The notes under the pieces are model-generated. The model saw nothing but the letters and a program-made list of their open reading frames with translations, had not been told where the DNA came from and did not search any database. A stretch of DNA of 64,000 nucleotides from a virus (lineage: Duplodnaviria; Heunggongvirae; Uroviricota; Caudoviricetes). Made by a program: the position numbers and the translations under genes. Below are positions 61,062-64,000 of this stretch, one piece after another. The DNA lies in IMG/VR virus record IMGVR_UViG_3300045450_000050, positions 7,343 to 71,342 of that record, one strand, 5' to 3'. The first letter of the stretch is position 1. Each line of letters starts with the position of its first letter.

Positions 61062-61325
61062 CTACTTGTCAATCTCCAGTCGCGCGATCTCGTCTTCGAT
61101 GTACCAGACAGCCTTCTTCAGGTCCTCGATCTCCTTGTCTCGGTCGGAGATCTTGCCTGACTGCTTCAGACCCGCTCGCCAGAGGTACTTGATGGCATTG
61201 CCGATGTTGAAGTTGCGGTGCCGAACCACCTCGATGCACTCGACGCCAGATGGGTCGGCGTTGTAGTGGACCGGGTGATTCACTGGTGTGTTCTCTTCGT
61301 GGCCGGTGGTGGTCTGGGCGCTCAT
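61062..61325 (-). CDS. DUF3310-type protein
   Basis: VNHPVHY..VECIEV..FNIGNAIKYLWR..DLKKAVWY. Confidence 0.85.
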   Translation of the reverse strand: MSAQTTTGHEENTPVNHPVHYNADPSGVECIEVVRHRNFNIGNAIKYLWRAGLKQSGKISDRDKEIEDLKKAVWYIEDEIARLEIDK

Positions 61326-61399
61326 GTTCTTTCCTTCGGTGGGTACGCCAAATGGCGACACCGTGACCGATGCCGCCATTTGTAGGGGGGTGGTTGGAG

Positions 61400-61780
61400 T
61401 CATCCGCGGAACGGAGGCCGACCGCTGGGTCGACTCGTCGACTGGATGAGATCGATGAAGCCGGGGAGCAGGCGGGTGATGTCTGCCAGAAGGGCGGTGG
61501 GATCGACGACGGTGGATGCTGCGGGCTCCTGCGCTGCCTCCTCGAAGGGAACGTCACCGAGGATGATCGGTTCGGGTGCGCAGGCGAGCTGCGCGTAGAT
61601 CTTCGCGAGCATGAGGTGGTTCGCGGTTTCGTCGAAGTAGAACGAGTTCTCGAAGTAGCGCTCTTCGACCTCTCCGGCCTCGACGGCTTCCTCGTGGCGC
61701 TTCTTGTTCAGCTTGTTCTTCGACTGGAAGACCGCAATCTCCTGCTCAGCGAAGTTCGCGTATTTCTGGGCGTTGGTCAT
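61400..61780 (-). CDS. hypothetical protein
   Basis: 126 aa, AAGGAG RBS. Confidence 0.72.
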   Translation of the reverse strand: MTNAQKYANFAEQEIAVFQSKNKLNKKRHEEAVEAGEVEERYFENSFYFDETANHLMLAKIYAQLACAPEPIILGDVPFEEAAQEPAASTVVDPTALLADITRLLPGFIDLIQSTSRPSGRPPFRG

Positions 61781-61810
61781 GACAGTGATACTCCTTGGTG
61801 GGGCGATGGA

Positions 61811-62113
61811 TCAACGGTCGGCGTCGAAGAAGTCTCCGACTTTGTAGCGGTTGTAGGTGTCCTCGTTGACGTAGGCCCAGCCCGTGTCTTCACCGTCGCG
61901 CAGAGAGAACTTCCAGGACGGTGGATTCCAGTCCTGGGTCTGCATGTACTGGCCGCAGGTGCCGTCCTTCTTGTAGATGACACACTGCCGACCGCTGGAG
62001 TAGTACCCCTCACGGTGGTCCTTGGACGTGATGGTGCCTGCGCTGATGGCGGAGCACCCGGCGAGCACGAGTGCTCCGGCGAGCACGAGAGCGGAGATGG
62101 CGCGGCGCATCAT
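61811..62113 (-). CDS. lipoprotein
   Basis: MMRRAISALVLAGALVLAGC: lipobox LAGC. Confidence 0.78.
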   Translation of the reverse strand: MMRRAISALVLAGALVLAGCSAISAGTITSKDHREGYYSSGRQCVIYKKDGTCGQYMQTQDWNPPSWKFSLRDGEDTGWAYVNEDTYNRYKVGDFFDADR

Positions 62114-62418
62114 GCTGAGGTCAGCGACTCGATGAGCTGCCGGGTGTCGACGTACGCAGCGACAGCCCGCTTGCGCTTTTCACTCACCTGGAGCTGGTCT
62201 ATGGCGAATGTGATCAACTTCCGCTGTCCCTCAGGGCTGTCCCCGAAGTGGTTCTTGACGATCCGCATGAAGTCGTCTTTCGGGATCTCCCCCCGGTTGA
62301 ACTGAACCATGACCGGGGCCAGCTCGGGACCTCCGAACGTGCGCTCGGCGTAGATCGCGTCGAGTGCCGCCTTGCCTGCTTGGTCGAGTTTGGCTGATGC
62401 AGCGGGGTTGATGGTCAT
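62110..62418 (-). CDS. hypothetical protein
   Basis: Start MTINPA, 4-nt overlaps. Confidence 0.7.
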   Translation of the reverse strand: MTINPAASAKLDQAGKAALDAIYAERTFGGPELAPVMVQFNRGEIPKDDFMRIVKNHFGDSPEGQRKLITFAIDQLQVSEKRKRAVAAYVDTRQLIESLTSA

Positions 62419-62777
62419 GACTGCTCCTTCACGGACTCGACGCTGTACGTGCGACTCACGCCCAGGGCGAGGTCCAGGCGTCGCTCTTCGCTCAGACGCA
62501 TGCCCATCGGGTCGGCCAACCAGCGTTCGATGGTCTCGGCGCTGACGCCCGCACGCTCGGCAATGCTCTTGACACTGCCTTCGACGTTCTCGACCGCGGC
62601 GGCGTAGAACTCGCGCATACGGCGTTCGTCGGCGCGGTAGATGGCTTCGTGGCCACCTTGCAAGAAGACCTCGTCCAGCAGCGGCCTGATGTCGTCTGCC
62701 GAGGGCTTCTTCATCTCGGTGATCCTGGCGACCATGTTCGCCAGGAACTTCTTGTAGGGGAGGGTGGTCTGGGGCAT
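62415..62777 (-). CDS. hypothetical protein with possible C-terminal HTH
   Basis: SVKSIAERAGVSAETIERW. Confidence 0.7.
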   Translation of the reverse strand: MPQTTLPYKKFLANMVARITEMKKPSADDIRPLLDEVFLQGGHEAIYRADERRMREFYAAAVENVEGSVKSIAERAGVSAETIERWLADPMGMRLSEERRLDLALGVSRTYSVESVKEQS

Positions 62778-63451
62778 CAGAGTTCTTCCTCTTCTCCGGG
62801 CAGGTACAGCCCGCCCGGGTTGATGGTGGTGAGCATGCCGACGATGTCGATACGCGTGAAGGGGGACAGGCCAGGGGTGCGGTACATGGCCTCGTTGATC
62901 TCGGCGGCAGGCCAGCCCAGGATCGGAGCGTTCGCGATGGCCATCCAGTTGCGCGGAGGCAGGGCGATGCGTCGGGAGCTGTAGCCCATCGCACCGACCT
63001 TCAGCAGGAAGTCGCGCGCCTTGTACGAGAGCGTCTCAGCGATGGCTGCGGGCATCTCGATCTCGTCGCGGCTGGTGCCGTCGTACGTGGGCAGGAAATC
63101 CAGCTCCATGGTGCCGAGACCATGAGGCATGTGGCGGCGCAGGTTGCGCCCGGTCCAGATCTCCGTGACTGCGGCGTCGTAGCTCCACAGCGTCGGGTCG
63201 AGGATCTTGGCCTGCTCGGCGTAGCAGTCGGCGAGGATGTCTTCATCTCGCGCCAGGACGACCCAGGAGTGCTGGCCCCCGACACCGCGCGCTGCGCCAC
63301 GGGCGACACGCGAGCCCGGGTACAGGCCCGACTTCACGATCTGGATCGAGGCGAGGTGGCAGTTATGTGCCCAGCTCTCGCCGTTGTGTCCTGCGACCTT
63401 CTGCGCCAGCTCGGCGACATCGGCGGGGACGGTGACTTCGATGCCACGCAT
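62777..63451 (-). CDS. hypothetical protein with Cys/His pair
   Basis: Start MRGIEV; NCHLAS ... GQHSWVV. Confidence 0.72.
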   Translation of the reverse strand: MRGIEVTVPADVAELAQKVAGHNGESWAHNCHLASIQIVKSGLYPGSRVARGAARGVGGQHSWVVLARDEDILADCYAEQAKILDPTLWSYDAAVTEIWTGRNLRRHMPHGLGTMELDFLPTYDGTSRDEIEMPAAIAETLSYKARDFLLKVGAMGYSSRRIALPPRNWMAIANAPILGWPAAEINEAMYRTPGLSPFTRIDIVGMLTTINPGGLYLPGEEEEL

Positions 63452-63636
63452 CAGATGACCTCGTGGATGATCTCGATGCGGGCGATCTTGTTGCCCTGGT
63501 GACGACCACCGCGCCCGGTGGCGGAGGGCTTGTAGACCGTGCGCTTGGTGGGGCCGCAGAGGCACTGGCCCGTGCCGGTGGTGTTGTGCAGGCCGATCAG
63601 GGACTGGCCCTGCGGCGGGATGTGCTTGGTCTCCAC
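63451..63636 (-). CDS. small hypothetical protein
   Basis: GTG start with GAAAGGA RBS just downstream of strong promoter. Confidence 0.62.
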   Translation of the reverse strand: METKHIPPQGQSLIGLHNTTGTGQCLCGPTKRTVYKPSATGRGGRHQGNKIARIEIIHEVI

Positions 63637-63679
63637 GTGGATGTCCTTTCGGTTCGAGGTCTCTTGCCTCGATAGGTCA

Positions 63680-63708
63680 ATTATGCACGTCACGCGCTAA
63701 CGCGTCAA
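63680..63708 (-). promoter_or_regulatory. strong sigma-A promoter TTGACG-N17-CATAAT with operator motif in the spacer
   Basis: Near-consensus hexamers, 17-nt spacer containing GTTAGCGCGT. Confidence 0.8.
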
Positions 63709-63862
63709 CGTGAAACGCGAATCAGGTCTCGGATGTCGCGCCGGGTGAGACGGCCCTGGCGGTCGATGACGAGCACCGTGCCGAGATTGTGGCGGTGCGG
63801 AGTCGAGAGAGCGGTGTACGCCTCTCGGGTCTGCTCGTTGAGGTGGGTGACCGGCAGGGCCA
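63704..63862 (-). CDS. small hypothetical protein (52 aa, not in ORF track)
   Basis: MALPVTHLNEQ... manual translation; ATG overlaps upstream stop. Confidence 0.5.
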
Positions 63863-64000
63863 TCAGTGTGTCTCTCGGAAGTGCTTGTATGCCCGGGACA
63901 GGGTGAGGTCCAGCAACGTTCCGCTGAGGCCCTGCTTGCCGTGTCGCTCGCAGATCACGTCGTAGTTCATGTAGCCGTCGTAGACGCCTGTTTCGCGCAC

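Noticed and set aside
1-64000. Prophage/temperate markers (integrase, att site, CI repressor), tRNAs, IS elements, introns or inteins
   Set aside because: None recognised; terminase, DnaB, helicase and ThyA are of ordinary length and uninterrupted. Lifestyle cannot be decided from this window

Overview
A GC-rich (roughly two-thirds G+C by eye) 64 kb segment of a tailed, siphovirus-type phage genome, most likely infecting an actinobacterium. Nearly all genes are on the minus strand. In transcription order (right to left): small early/accessory genes (63.9-53 kb, including a 2H phosphodiesterase and an SbcD-like nuclease); nucleotidase and Cas4-like nuclease; a 3-gene plus-strand cassette with a beta sliding clamp; C-terminal half of an SbcC-like ATPase; clamp loader; epimerase plus two glycosyltransferases; the complete virion morphogenesis operon (terminase, portal, MuF, a 1774-aa giant protein, protease/scaffold, decoration, major capsid, adaptors, SGNH esterase, a third glycosyltransferase, major tail, frameshifted chaperones, tape measure, Dit, Tal, fibre); four membrane/lysis genes; SNF2 helicase, FliA/WhiG-like sigma factor, MazG, DnaB, ThyA and a truncated primase Zn finger. 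No integrase, DNA polymerase, endolysin, tRNA or CRISPR array was seen. The most striking features not explained by the ORF track are: (i) a phage sigma-28-like factor together with eight copies of a CCGATACTC motif placed before late genes; (ii) a second, leaderless promoter class and a ten-copy operator-like motif; (iii) two strongly base-paired non-coding regions with their own putative promoters (49.09-49.41 kb and 28.77-28.96 kb); (iv) a four-gene glycosylation set; (v) a modular giant virion protein ending in a GNAT-like domain. All functional calls come from motif recognition by eye; no database searches or folding programs were run.
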